From the NCBI GenBank assembly GCA_017451735.1, contig JAFTNU010000040.1, positions 22,101-86,100 of the forward strand: a DNA stretch of 64,000 nt, in the 5' to 3' direction. The notes under the pieces were generated by a model. The model was not told the DNA's origin, did not search any database, and saw only the letters and a list, made by a program, of their open reading frames with translations. The stretch is from Clostridia bacterium. Its GTDB lineage: Bacteria > Bacillota > Clostridia > Oscillospirales > CAG-272. This document shows positions 19,820-29,492 of this stretch, one piece after another. How positions within the stretch are numbered: the first letter of the stretch is position 1; every line of letters starts with the position of its first letter. Both the position numbers and the translations under genes were made by a program.

Positions 19820-20083
19820 AGATTGTGCATCTATTAAGGCCACACTTGAAATCTCAAAAATGTGGATTTTGGGTGAAATTCGATGATAAAAAAACGCCAA
19901 AACCCTTGAAAATACTGGGTTTTCGCGTTGTGGCAAGTGCATCTATTTTGACAACACTAGCCAACACAGAAAATACGAACCCCGAGTAATCGAGGTTCGT
20001 ATTTTTCTTTGCAAGGAACCGCTTCGATATTCAAATCCCGATAGAGGCTATAACTTCTGAAACGAACAAGGGGGAAAGCTTTT

Positions 20084-20860
20084 ATGGAAAGACTTGCGAA
20101 GGACAAATACCTTATTTTTCTGGATGTGGACGGTACGATTTTTGACGGCAAGGGCGTTCCCGATAAAACAGCCAATACGTTGGCAAGAGCTAAAGCATGT
20201 GGGCATAAAATTTTTATAAATTCGGGAAGAATGCAGTGTATCATCCCCGACGCCGTTCTTGAAAGGGTGAAACCCGACGGTATCGTTGGAGGAATGGGAA
20301 CCGCCATCACGATCGGGAATGAATTGATCTTTTCCGCACGCATGGACAAGGATGAGGTTGAATATTTGATGTGCTTTGGCGAAGAACGCGGATTTTTTAC
20401 GATCGCCGAAAGCTTTGAACGTCTTGTTATCATGAACGGCAAAGAAATTCACGGGCAAAAAAATTTTGTAAATTCCACCGACGAGTTTCTCGAAAAATAT
20501 GCAGATATGCCTGTGGCTAAAATATCGTTTATGAATGCTGTTTCAGAGGATGATGCAAAAATCCTCAAAAAAGATGGGCGTGTTGCATATGTGCATCCGA
20601 AATATGTGGAGATCCCGCTGCAAGGATGTAATAAGGCAACGGGAATCAAGACGATTTGCGATTATTTCGGAGCCGACATTAAGCAGTCTATCGCCATGGG
20701 AGATAGCACAAACGACGACGATATGATCAAATTTGCAGGTATTGGCATAGCGATGGGAAATGCCAACGAATACATCAAATCTATTGCCGATTATATCACA
20801 TCCTCTTGCCGTGACGGCGGAGTTGCAGACGCTTTGGAAGCCTTGATATTCAATAAATAG
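20084..20860 (+). CDS. Cof-type HAD-IIB hydrolase
   Basis: FLDVDGT, NSGR, NKATG, AMGDSTND, AMGNA. Confidence 0.92.
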   Translation: MERLAKDKYLIFLDVDGTIFDGKGVPDKTANTLARAKACGHKIFINSGRMQCIIPDAVLERVKPDGIVGGMGTAITIGNELIFSARMDKDEVEYLMCFGEERGFFTIAESFERLVIMNGKEIHGQKNFVNSTDEFLEKYADMPVAKISFMNAVSEDDAKILKKDGRVAYVHPKYVEIPLQGCNKATGIKTICDYFGADIKQSIAMGDSTNDDDMIKFAGIGIAMGNANEYIKSIADYITSSCRDGGVADALEALIFNK

Positions 20861-20927
20861 TTTGCATATAAATGCTATCTGCCGTTATCGAGCTTTTCGG
20901 TTCGTGCATTCGGCCTGCTCCCATACC

Positions 20928-20971
20928 AATACAAGAAGGGCGTGCCCGGCCGGGCACGCCCTTCTTGTATT
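20928..20971. terminator. Bidirectional terminator
   Basis: aatacaagaagggcgtgcccgg/ccgggcacgcccttcttgtatt palindrome between convergent genes. Confidence 0.8.
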
Positions 20972-20995
20972 CTTTTTGCTTGTAAATCATTCCCA

Positions 20996-21937
20996 TTAAA
21001 ATCCCTCGGGTAAGCAGACCGCATCACGGGGGATCTTACCCCAATCAAACAAGGGGATGAGGTCGACGGGGCGCACCGATTCGGGCGACGGGATCAGCCC
21101 CAGCGCCGCGGCAAGGGCGCCGATAACGGGTGCGGGATCGGGATAAGCAGCGCGAACGCGCTCCATACAACCGTCCCCCTCCCGCTTGGAGAGCCGCCTG
21201 CCGGCGGCATCGGTCAGCAAAGGAATATGGCAGTAAACGGGGTGAGAAAAGCCGAACATCTTCTGCAAAAACATCTGGCGCGGCGTGCTGTCCAGCAGAT
21301 CGTTTCCCCGCACGATCTCGGTAACACCCGAAAGAGCATCGTCCACCACAACAGCCAACTGATAGGCATAAATACCGTCCGAGCGGCGCACCACAAAATC
21401 CGAGCAATCCCGCTCCAGATTTTCACTGTATGCCCCCTGCAGGCGATCGGTAAAGCCAAACACCTCATCGGGCACGCGAACACGGTAAGCGGGCTTCTTC
21501 CCTACAGGAGGCGGATCCCCCGCCAAATGGCGATACCAGCATTTGCGATCATACTTGGGGACGCCGTCCGAGCGATGGGGCGCCGTGGTTGCATGGACCT
21601 CGGCACGGGAGCAATAGCATGGGTAGATCAGGCCCTTTTGTTCCAGCTTTTCGAAATACGTATGATAAATTTCACTACGCTCCGATTGCCATAGCACTTC
21701 CCCGTCAAAGGTCAGGCCCATCCAATCCAAATCATCCAACAAATACTTGGTATTTTCCCCCATAAAGGGGCAACGGGCGGCATCCAGGTCCTCGATGCGC
21801 AAGAGCACCCGCCCGCCTGCGGCCTTGGCAGAAAGCCAGGCAAGCAATGCACACATCAGATTGCCCAAATGCAATCTGCCGCTGGGGGTTGGTGCAAAAC
21901 GCCCCACAACGGGTATTGTTTTCAACTCCTTTTCCAT
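20996..21937 (-). CDS. gluQ: Glutamyl-Q tRNA(Asp) synthetase
   Basis: RFAPTPSGRLHLGN, LRIEDLD, YPCYCSR, YQLAVVVDD, RLSKR; no anticodon-binding domain (313 aa). Confidence 0.92.
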   Translation of the reverse strand: MEKELKTIPVVGRFAPTPSGRLHLGNLMCALLAWLSAKAAGGRVLLRIEDLDAARCPFMGENTKYLLDDLDWMGLTFDGEVLWQSERSEIYHTYFEKLEQKGLIYPCYCSRAEVHATTAPHRSDGVPKYDRKCWYRHLAGDPPPVGKKPAYRVRVPDEVFGFTDRLQGAYSENLERDCSDFVVRRSDGIYAYQLAVVVDDALSGVTEIVRGNDLLDSTPRQMFLQKMFGFSHPVYCHIPLLTDAAGRRLSKREGDGCMERVRAAYPDPAPVIGALAAALGLIPSPESVRPVDLIPLFDWGKIPRDAVCLPEGF

Positions 21938-21952
21938 GTGCTCATCCTTTCC

Positions 21953-22789
21953 TTACGTAACAAAGCGAACGGTCCTACCGTCGCTGACATAGCAAAGCGT
22001 CCCTTCCTCATCGGTGCGGTGCCACAAGACGTCGGCCTCCGAAAGGCGTTGCAGCAGTGCGACATCGGGAAAGCCGTAGCTGTTATTCTTACCGCAGGAG
22101 ACAGCCACATGCGTCGGAGTGGCAGCCGCCAACAGCCTCGCACCGGTGGAATTTTCCGAGCCGTGATGCCCCGCTTTGAGAAAATCACAGTCCAGCCGCT
22201 CGGCGGGTATGGCGTCCAACAGTGCGCCTTCCTCCACAGACTCTGCATCCCCCGTAAAGAGGAACACCGTCTCTTGGTAGATCACCCGCGCGATCACACT
22301 GCTGTTATTGGGATCGGCAGGATCGTTCCCGACATACAGCACCTCCAGAACCGCTTCACCCACCGAGAAGCAGTCCCCGACCTGCGCCGTTTGACAAGGA
22401 ACCCCCGCCTGCTTTGCCGCATCCAGCACCAGCTGATATCCCCAATCGTCGCTCTCCACGGGCGAGAGGATCAGCGCCCCAACGGCATAAGTCTCGAGCA
22501 GCATGCGGGCGTTGCCGATATGATCCTCATGGGGGTGAGTCAACAGCAGGCAGTCGATCCGATCGATGCCCCGATCCTCCAGAGCGTTCTGCACTGTATT
22601 CCGCTCGGTTGCCGTCCCTGTGTCGATCATGCACACGGCATCCCCACGGGTAATGAGAGTGCAATCGCTCTGCCCTACATCGAGAACCTCCACCCGCAGA
22701 CCGTCAAAGACCTCCTCGCCGCACCCATAAAGGGCAAAAGGCAGGCAAAGCAGTGCCAACAGAAAGTAAAAAAGCTGTTTGAATGTCAC
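21953..22789 (-). CDS. ComEC/Rec2-type metallo-beta-lactamase-fold lipoprotein
   Basis: Lipobox LYGC; LDVGQSD, THPHEDHIG, LFTGDAE, KAGHHGS. Confidence 0.85.
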   Translation of the reverse strand: MTFKQLFYFLLALLCLPFALYGCGEEVFDGLRVEVLDVGQSDCTLITRGDAVCMIDTGTATERNTVQNALEDRGIDRIDCLLLTHPHEDHIGNARMLLETYAVGALILSPVESDDWGYQLVLDAAKQAGVPCQTAQVGDCFSVGEAVLEVLYVGNDPADPNNSSVIARVIYQETVFLFTGDAESVEEGALLDAIPAERLDCDFLKAGHHGSENSTGARLLAAATPTHVAVSCGKNNSYGFPDVALLQRLSEADVLWHRTDEEGTLCYVSDGRTVRFVT

Positions 22790-22913
22790 GGGCTCACCTC
22801 TTTTCTGCTTCTATTGTAACACAAAAAGAAAAGATTGCAAGAGAAAAATATAAAGGTACAAAAGCAAGGGACAACCCGCCTGTCGCATAGATTGAATTCG
22901 AACAGGAGGTGTC

Positions 22914-23573
22914 ATGATGAAAATACGCATCACCCCGGGGGCTATACTGTTACTGGCCGTCCTTGCTTTCGGTCAAAGCCCTCTGTTTTTTGCCACGGCC
23001 CTTGCCGCCGCCGTACATGAGTGCGGCCACCTGCTGGCGGCACGACTGCTGGGTATTCCCTTGCGACTGCTGGAGCTGGACCTGATGGGAGCCAAGATCG
23101 TTCCTGCAAAGGCGCTTCCCTCCTATCGGGCCGAAGCACTTCTGGCGGCCTCCGGCCCCCTTTTCTCGATCGTGCTGGCTCTGCCGTTTTTATCCGCTAC
23201 CTCTCCCTTTTCCGTGGCCTTGCGCGCCGCCACCCTCTCCTTTGCACTGTTCAATCTGATGCCCATTGAAGGCTTTGACGGGGGACGGGTGCTTTTTGCC
23301 CTTCTCGCCACCCGTTTCGGTGACAGCACGGCGCGGCGTTGCCTGTTTTTGAGCTCTTATCTGTCTTTGCTCTTTTTGTTTGCCCTCTCCTCCTGCCTGC
23401 TTTTGCGTTACGGCGAGGATCCCACGCTTGCCATTCTTTCCGCCTCTCTTTTCGCCCGTCTGTTTCTCTCGCTCGGCTCTCCGACGACCGTGGGCAGAAA
23501 AAAGCGAGGATTCGGGAGGATTCGGGAGCATGCGAGAGAAAAGCGGAGTTATTCGGCGGAAAACTCCAAATAA
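22914..23573 (+). CDS. M50 site-2 protease, SpoIVFB-like
   Basis: HECGH, ASGP, FNLMPIEGFDGGR; a CATAGATT box upstream resembles a sigma-E -10. Confidence 0.8.
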   Translation: MMKIRITPGAILLLAVLAFGQSPLFFATALAAAVHECGHLLAARLLGIPLRLLELDLMGAKIVPAKALPSYRAEALLAASGPLFSIVLALPFLSATSPFSVALRAATLSFALFNLMPIEGFDGGRVLFALLATRFGDSTARRCLFLSSYLSLLFLFALSSCLLLRYGEDPTLAILSASLFARLFLSLGSPTTVGRKKRGFGRIREHAREKRSYSAENSK

Positions 23574-23747
23574 TTGCGGCAATTTCCGAATTTTTGCGCG
23601 AGATTGCGATTCCTGCGGAAAAATTTCGAAAAAACTATTGCATTTTCCTATACTTTCTGCTACAATATCGCTGATAGTATATGAAGGGGGACGAAATCGT
23701 CCCCTTTCGCGCTATTCATTTCATATCCAAAGGAGTATTTATGTGGA

Positions 23748-24893
23748 ATGAACAACACACTGATCAAGCTGAGGTCGATCGAAAAATCCTTTGACGGTGA
23801 GCAGGTGCTCTGCGGCATCGATCTGGATATTCACGACAAGGAATTCGTCACCCTTTTAGGGCCCTCCGGTTGCGGTAAGACCACCACGCTCCGCATCATC
23901 GGCGGCTTTGAGACCCCCGATGTGGGCGATGTCTATTTTGATGGGGAACGGATCAACGATCTGCCCCCCCACAAGCGGCAGGTCAATACCGTTTTTCAGA
24001 AATATGCCCTCTTCCCCCATCTGAATGTTTATGACAACGTGGCCTTCGGATTGCGGGTACAAAAGGTCAAAGAAGACGAAATTCAAGAGCGTGTACGTGA
24101 AATGTTGACCATGACGGGCTTGAAGGGGTTTGAAAGCCGTCGTCCCGCGACCCTGTCGGGCGGCCAGCAGCAGCGCGTCGCCATCGCGCGTGCCCTGATC
24201 AACCGCCCCCGCGTGCTTTTGCTGGACGAGCCTCTGGGCGCCCTTGACCTCAAGCTCCGCAAGGATATGCAAAACGAGCTCAAGCGGATCCAGCATGCCA
24301 CCGGCATCACCTTCATCTATGTGACCCACGATCAGGAGGAGGCGCTCTCCATGTCCGATACCGTGGTGGTCATGGCCAACGGCCGTATCCAGCAGATCGG
24401 CACACCCACCGATATCTACAACGAGCCCGTCAATGCCTTTGTGGCCGATTTCATCGGCGAATCCAACATTCTGGACGGCGTCATGCTCTGCGACAATAAG
24501 GCCCGCTTTGCCGCTCACACCTTTGATTGCGTTGACGGCGGCTTTGCCAAAAACGAGGCGGTGGACGTAGTCATCCGCCCCGAGGACGTGGACGTGGTGC
24601 CTGTGGAGAAGGGCATGCTGTCGGGCACTGTTTCGGGTGTGACCTTCAAGGGCGACTATTACGAGATCATCGTGGATGTCTGCGGCTTTAAGTGGATGAT
24701 CGAGACCTCGGACTATGTGGCCCCCGAGCAGAAGATCGGACTGTATATCGAGCCCGACGCCATCCACATTATGAAAAAATCCGAGTATTCGGGCAAGTTC
24801 GGTGACTATTCCACCTTCTCGGAGGAGATGGACCATCTCTCCGATCCCGATACGGAGGCAAGCGAAAATGAAGAAGAAACTCTCCTTTCTTGA
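23748..24893 (+). CDS. potA: Spermidine/putrescine ABC ATP-binding protein
   Basis: [35 protein letters not shown]-like tail. Confidence 0.93.
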   Translation: MNNTLIKLRSIEKSFDGEQVLCGIDLDIHDKEFVTLLGPSGCGKTTTLRIIGGFETPDVGDVYFDGERINDLPPHKRQVNTVFQKYALFPHLNVYDNVAFGLRVQKVKEDEIQERVREMLTMTGLKGFESRRPATLSGGQQQRVAIARALINRPRVLLLDEPLGALDLKLRKDMQNELKRIQHATGITFIYVTHDQEEALSMSDTVVVMANGRIQQIGTPTDIYNEPVNAFVADFIGESNILDGVMLCDNKARFAAHTFDCVDGGFAKNEAVDVVIRPEDVDVVPVEKGMLSGTVSGVTFKGDYYEIIVDVCGFKWMIETSDYVAPEQKIGLYIEPDAIHIMKKSEYSGKFGDYSTFSEEMDHLSDPDTEASENEEETLLS

Positions 24894-25692
24894 GCGGGCC
24901 GCCGCGGTGCCCCATATGGTGTGGGCGATCATGTTCATTGTGGCTCCCCTGCTTTTTGTGGCCTACTTTGCCTTTACAGACGCCAACGGAAGCTTCACCC
25001 TTTCCAACATCGAGTTGCTTTCCTCCTACTCGCACATCTTTCTGGTATCGATCTGCTTTTCGCTGGTGGCAACCTTTTGTTGTCTGCTCATCGGCTACCC
25101 TCTCGCTTTTGTCATCTCCCGCTCCAAGCCCTCTACGCAAAAGCTCCTGACCGTGCTTTTGATGCTCCCCATGTGGATCAGCCTGCTCATCCGCACCTAC
25201 TCGCTGATGACCCTGTTGGATAACGGCGGTCTGGTGAACTCCTTGCTGACCGCACTGGGCTTTGAGCCCGTCACCATGGTCGGCACGGGCGGTGCCGTGA
25301 TCCTTGGTATGATCTATGACTTTTTGCCCTATATGGTTCTGCCCATCTATACCTCTATGCAGAAAATGGATCACCGCTATCTGGAGGCGGCGGCAGACCT
25401 TGGCTGCAATAGCTTTCAGACCATGTTTCGGGTGGTGCTCCCGCTGACGGCACCCGGGATCCTGTCGGGCATCACCATGGTGTTTGTCCCCTCGATCTCC
25501 ACCTTCTATATTTCCCAGAAGCTGGGCGGCGGCAACTTTGACTTGATCGGCGACACCATCGAGCGACAGTTCAAGTATCCCTCCACCTATCATGTAGGCG
25601 CGGCGCTGTCCTTGGTGATGATGATCCTGATTCTGATCTCGGTGGCAGTGATGAACCGTTTCTCCGACCAGGAAGGAGAGATGATCGTATGA
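24868..25692 (+). CDS. potB: Spermidine/putrescine ABC permease
   Basis: [29 protein letters not shown]. Confidence 0.9.
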   Translation: MKKKLSFLERAAAVPHMVWAIMFIVAPLLFVAYFAFTDANGSFTLSNIELLSSYSHIFLVSICFSLVATFCCLLIGYPLAFVISRSKPSTQKLLTVLLMLPMWISLLIRTYSLMTLLDNGGLVNSLLTALGFEPVTMVGTGGAVILGMIYDFLPYMVLPIYTSMQKMDHRYLEAAADLGCNSFQTMFRVVLPLTAPGILSGITMVFVPSISTFYISQKLGGGNFDLIGDTIERQFKYPSTYHVGAALSLVMMILILISVAVMNRFSDQEGEMIV

Positions 25693-26504
25693 AGATTCTT
25701 TCCCGCACCTATATGTGGCTGGTCTTTGCCCTTTTGTACGCACCGATCCTGGTACTGGTGGTCTTTTCCTTCAACGAGGGCGGTTCCCTTTCCTCCTATA
25801 CCGGCTTTTCCTTTCGTTGGTACGGGGAGCTGTTCCGTGACAGCGTAGCGCTCCAATCCTTGAAAAACTCGTTGTTTCTGGCCGTTGGATCGGCCACACT
25901 GGCCACGGTGATCGGTACCTTTGCCGCCCTTGGCCTTGACCGTATGCGCAACCGCTATGTCAAGGGGGCGGTCAACGCCGTGACCAACATCCCGATGATG
26001 AACCCCGATATCGTTACCGGCGTTTCCATGATGCTCCTTTTTGTGGCCTTGGCAGGGATCCTGAACATTTCCGATATTTTGGGACGCTGGACCATGCTCA
26101 TCGCCCACACCACCTTCAGCCTGCCTTATGTGATCCTCTCTGTCCTCCCCCGCTTCCGTCAGTTTGACAAATCCCTGCGGGAGGCGGCCCTGGATCTTGG
26201 TTGCACCCCCGCACAGTCCTTTTTCAAGGTGGAGCTCCCCCAGATTCTGCCCGGCGTGATCTCGGGCTTTATCATGGGCTTTACCCTGTCGCTGGACGAT
26301 TTCGTCATCAGCCACTTCGTCAGCTCCCCCGACTTCCAGACCCTGCCCCTTTATATCTACAATCAGACGGCGCACAATGTGAAATACAGCATGTACGCCC
26401 TTTGCACCCTGATCATCGTCGCCATTCTGGCACTGCTGCTTTTGGTCAACTTCGCAGGCGGCATCGGTGACCGTACCAAACGGCGGAAGGAGGCGGTAAA
26501 ATGA
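25689..26504 (+). CDS. potC: Spermidine/putrescine ABC permease
   Basis: LYAPILVLVVFSFN, PDIVTG, REAALDLG, SLDDF. Confidence 0.9.
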   Translation: MKILSRTYMWLVFALLYAPILVLVVFSFNEGGSLSSYTGFSFRWYGELFRDSVALQSLKNSLFLAVGSATLATVIGTFAALGLDRMRNRYVKGAVNAVTNIPMMNPDIVTGVSMMLLFVALAGILNISDILGRWTMLIAHTTFSLPYVILSVLPRFRQFDKSLREAALDLGCTPAQSFFKVELPQILPGVISGFIMGFTLSLDDFVISHFVSSPDFQTLPLYIYNQTAHNVKYSMYALCTLIIVAILALLLLVNFAGGIGDRTKRRKEAVK

Positions 26505-27742
26505 AAAAATTTCTGACAACGCTATTGATTTTTTCTCTCCTTACCCTCTCTCTTCCTCTCTTTGCATCCTGTGGCGGCAGTGACGGGGCCGTGACCCTTT
26601 ATGTCTACAACTGGGGCGAATATATCTCCGACGGCTCGGAGGGCTCCCCGGATGTGAACGCCGCTTTTGAGGATTGGTACAAGGAAACCTACGGCGTGAC
26701 TGTCAAGGTCAACTATTCCACCTTCTCCTCCAATGAGGATATGTATGCCAAGCTCAACAGCGGCGCCTCCCACTATGATGTGGTGGTCCCCTCGGATTAC
26801 ATGGTGGCACGTATGATCGAGGAGGGGATGCTTCGCAAGCTGAACAAGGAAAACATCCCCAACGTGCAGTATATCGACATGGCATCCATGTTTGGCAACG
26901 AAAACCCTTATTATGACCCCGAAAACGCCTATTCCGTTCCCTACACCTACGGCACGGTGGGTATCATCTATAACACCACTATGGTGGATGAGGCCGATAT
27001 CGGCTCCTGGGACATCATGTGGAACGAAAAATACGAGGGCAACATTCTGCAGTTCAATAACTCACGCGATGCCTTCGCCACGGCGCTTTTCAAGCTGGGC
27101 TATGATGTGAACACCGAAAACGAAGCCGAATGGCGGGAAGCCCTGTCGCTACTGATGACACAGAAGCCCATTGTTCAGGGCTATGTCATGGACGAAATCT
27201 TTAACAAGATGGAAAACGGCTCCGCCGCCATCGCCCCTTACTATGCCGGAGATTTCTTTACCATGTACGAGGATAACGAGGATCTTGCCTTCTTCTACCC
27301 CGAGGAGGGCACCAACGTATTTGTGGATGCCATGTGTGTGCCCACATCCTCACAGAACCCCGAAATTGCAGAACGGTATATCGATTTTATGCTCAGCGAG
27401 GAGGCGGCCATCGCCAACGCAGAGTATATCTGTTATGCCTCCCCCAACAAGCTGGTCACCCAAAACGAGGAGTACCGCGCCGCCATGGAGGAGCTGCACC
27501 CCGATGCCATGGAGATCCTTTACGGCACCGACGGGATCGATATGCAGTTTTATGAGAACCTGCCCACCGAGCGGTTGATGCTGCTCAACGAGCTGTGGGA
27601 GGATTTGAAAATCGAAAGCTCGATCAATGTATCGATCATCGTCATGGCCTGTCTGATCGTTGGCGGCTGTGCGGCTGCGGGCATCTTCTTCTTTGTCCGC
27701 AAGCGCAGACGCAAGCGCTATATCGACGGCCTTTGGAATTAA
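26501..27742 (+). CDS. potD: Spermidine/putrescine-binding lipoprotein with C-terminal TM helix
   Basis: Lipobox FASC; VYNWGEYI, FSSNEDMYAK, VPSDYM, YSVPYTYG. Confidence 0.9.
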   Translation: MKKFLTTLLIFSLLTLSLPLFASCGGSDGAVTLYVYNWGEYISDGSEGSPDVNAAFEDWYKETYGVTVKVNYSTFSSNEDMYAKLNSGASHYDVVVPSDYMVARMIEEGMLRKLNKENIPNVQYIDMASMFGNENPYYDPENAYSVPYTYGTVGIIYNTTMVDEADIGSWDIMWNEKYEGNILQFNNSRDAFATALFKLGYDVNTENEAEWREALSLLMTQKPIVQGYVMDEIFNKMENGSAAIAPYYAGDFFTMYEDNEDLAFFYPEEGTNVFVDAMCVPTSSQNPEIAERYIDFMLSEEAAIANAEYICYASPNKLVTQNEEYRAAMEELHPDAMEILYGTDGIDMQFYENLPTERLMLLNELWEDLKIESSINVSIIVMACLIVGGCAAAGIFFFVRKRRRKRYIDGLWN

Positions 27743-27789
27743 AAAAGAGGGCCGCACTTACAATGTAAGTGCGGCCCTCTTTTTTAATT
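27737..27789. terminator. Bidirectional terminator of pot operon
   Basis: aattaaaaaagagggccgcacttaca-a-tgtaagtgcggccctcttttttaatt. Confidence 0.85.
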
Positions 27790-27794
27790 GTGAT

Positions 27795-29377
27795 GCAGTC
27801 GGCGGCGATATCCACCACCTTTCTCTCACTGCTCACCAATAGCTGTTTGGCACGGGTCAGCCGCTTCTCGTTCCGATATTCCAGAACCGTAATGCCGGTC
27901 TGCTGCTTAAAAAAATGACAGAGATAATAGCGGCTCATGCAAAAGTGCTCCGCCATCTCACCAAGGGAAAGCTCCTCGGTCAGGTGCTCATCCACCCAAC
28001 GGGTGATGCGTTCTACCGTGGGGTGCACAGGCTCGGGCGTCCCCGCCATTTCGCGAATGGCGGACACGATCTCGGTCAGCAGGCCGTCATCGTCACACCC
28101 GCCTGCCGTAAATACGGCGATCCTTTGATCTACACGGTCCAGCGCGCATTTGTGTAAGCTGTCACATTGGGGAACATAGCAATCGAAAATGCGGTTGATG
28201 CGCTCCTCTCCCTCGTATTTTTTCATAAGATGCGCCGCATATTCTCTGTCAGAATACAGGTGGGGATCTCCGTAAGGGTTCTTGTTTTCCCCGGTGTAGG
28301 CGCCCAGCTTTGAAACGATATGTCCCAAAAAACTGCCACCGTCAACGAGTTTTCCTTGCAAAATGTCATGCTCGGTGATGCGGCTGAGCAGAATCTCACG
28401 GGCATAGCCCAGGGCCTCGGAAAGGCTCTTGCGAAATCCTCCACGCTCCCGATCATAGGTGATATACAGGTAGCCGTCATCCCCTTCCGCCACATCGGGA
28501 TAGGAGACCTTATCCCGGGCATCCAGCAGCAGCTTGGCACACCAGGTCTTACCCTCATCCTCGGAAAGCAGAGCGGTCAGATTGTTACGCCCCGTAAAGT
28601 CCACATGATTGATCAAAAGGATGCGCCCCGACCTGAGGCGACGGATGTGAAAGCGGGAGGAAGGACCGCCAAGACCGCTGTCCGTACCTTGACTCCAGGT
28701 ATGGCCGCGATCGGAGGAATAGGAGACACCGATACCGGAATAGGTGCGTACCAGCATCATGAGCCGTCCGTCCTTCAACTCGATGACCATATGCTCATCA
28801 AAAGAGCGGTTGGGCACATCGGCACCTCCAAGGCGGATAAAGCTTGCACCGTTGTCGCTTGTTTTTTATAGACGAAGGAGCCCTTCTCCGGCGTCTTGCT
28901 GTCAAATCGGGGCGGGAGAGACCGCACGCCATGGTTCCACACCGCCAAGGGAAAGAGCCATTCCCCCGAGGACAGAGCAATGGGCTTGTTCATCATAATG
29001 TCGTGCCCGATAAAAAATTCCTTCCCCCACACCAACTCGTCGGCATCGGGATCGTCGCAGATGACACCCCAGAGCCCATCATTGGGGCAGATCGCAAAGG
29101 TAAACCACAAGCGTCCCAGCGGATCGATCCAAAGGCAGGGATCATAGCAACGGTGATCGGCCAGCTCCGCCACGGCAATGGGCTCGCCAAAGCTTTTGCC
29201 GTCACGGGATTCCACCAGCACACAATAGTTACCGATCTCCTCTCTGGTGCCACCGGAATAAAAGGTGATAAAGACCCGCCCTTTTTTGGTTACCTCAACA
29301 CTCGGGATCCCCTGCCAGATGCGGTTGCCGGTGGTATAATGACGCAATTTTTCTTTGTCGGTGATCAACATATTCAT
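27795..29377 (-). pseudogene. BNR/sialidase-like beta-propeller fused to AraC HTH; frameshifted and 3'-truncated
   Basis: WQGIPS, Asp-boxes SSDRGHTW and SEDEGKTW, SYPD; frame break in the A6 run at 28862-28867; AraC domain stops at DIAADC where the pot terminator begins. Confidence 0.8.
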
Positions 29378-29448
29378 GATGCAATCCTCCCCTTTGACAT
29401 TCTGCCTTCATTATAACCGAGCCACGGGAAAAATGCTATAACAATATT

Positions 29449-29490
29449 GCGCAACCCGCCACTCGCCAATTTGGCGGGCGGCGGGTTGCG
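29449..29490. terminator. Hairpin after GH36 gene
   Basis: cgcaacccgcc...ggcgggttgcg inverted repeat. Confidence 0.55.
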
Positions 29491-29492
29491 TC

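Larger units (their letters stand above)
15254..19840. mobile_element. AT-rich genomic island downstream of tRNA-Leu; no recombinase gene seen
   Basis: Sharp composition shift; exact 15-bp inverted repeat at 15254-15268 and 19826-19840; orphan-like genes. Confidence 0.6.

Noticed and set aside
15200-20050. Classical tRNA-targeted integrative element with attR
   Set aside because: No second copy of the tRNA 3' end and no integrase were found in the window
28855-28875. Programmed -1 frameshift at AAAAAAC
   Set aside because: The heptamer is not in the X_XXY_YYZ phase and the downstream AraC domain is truncated anyway
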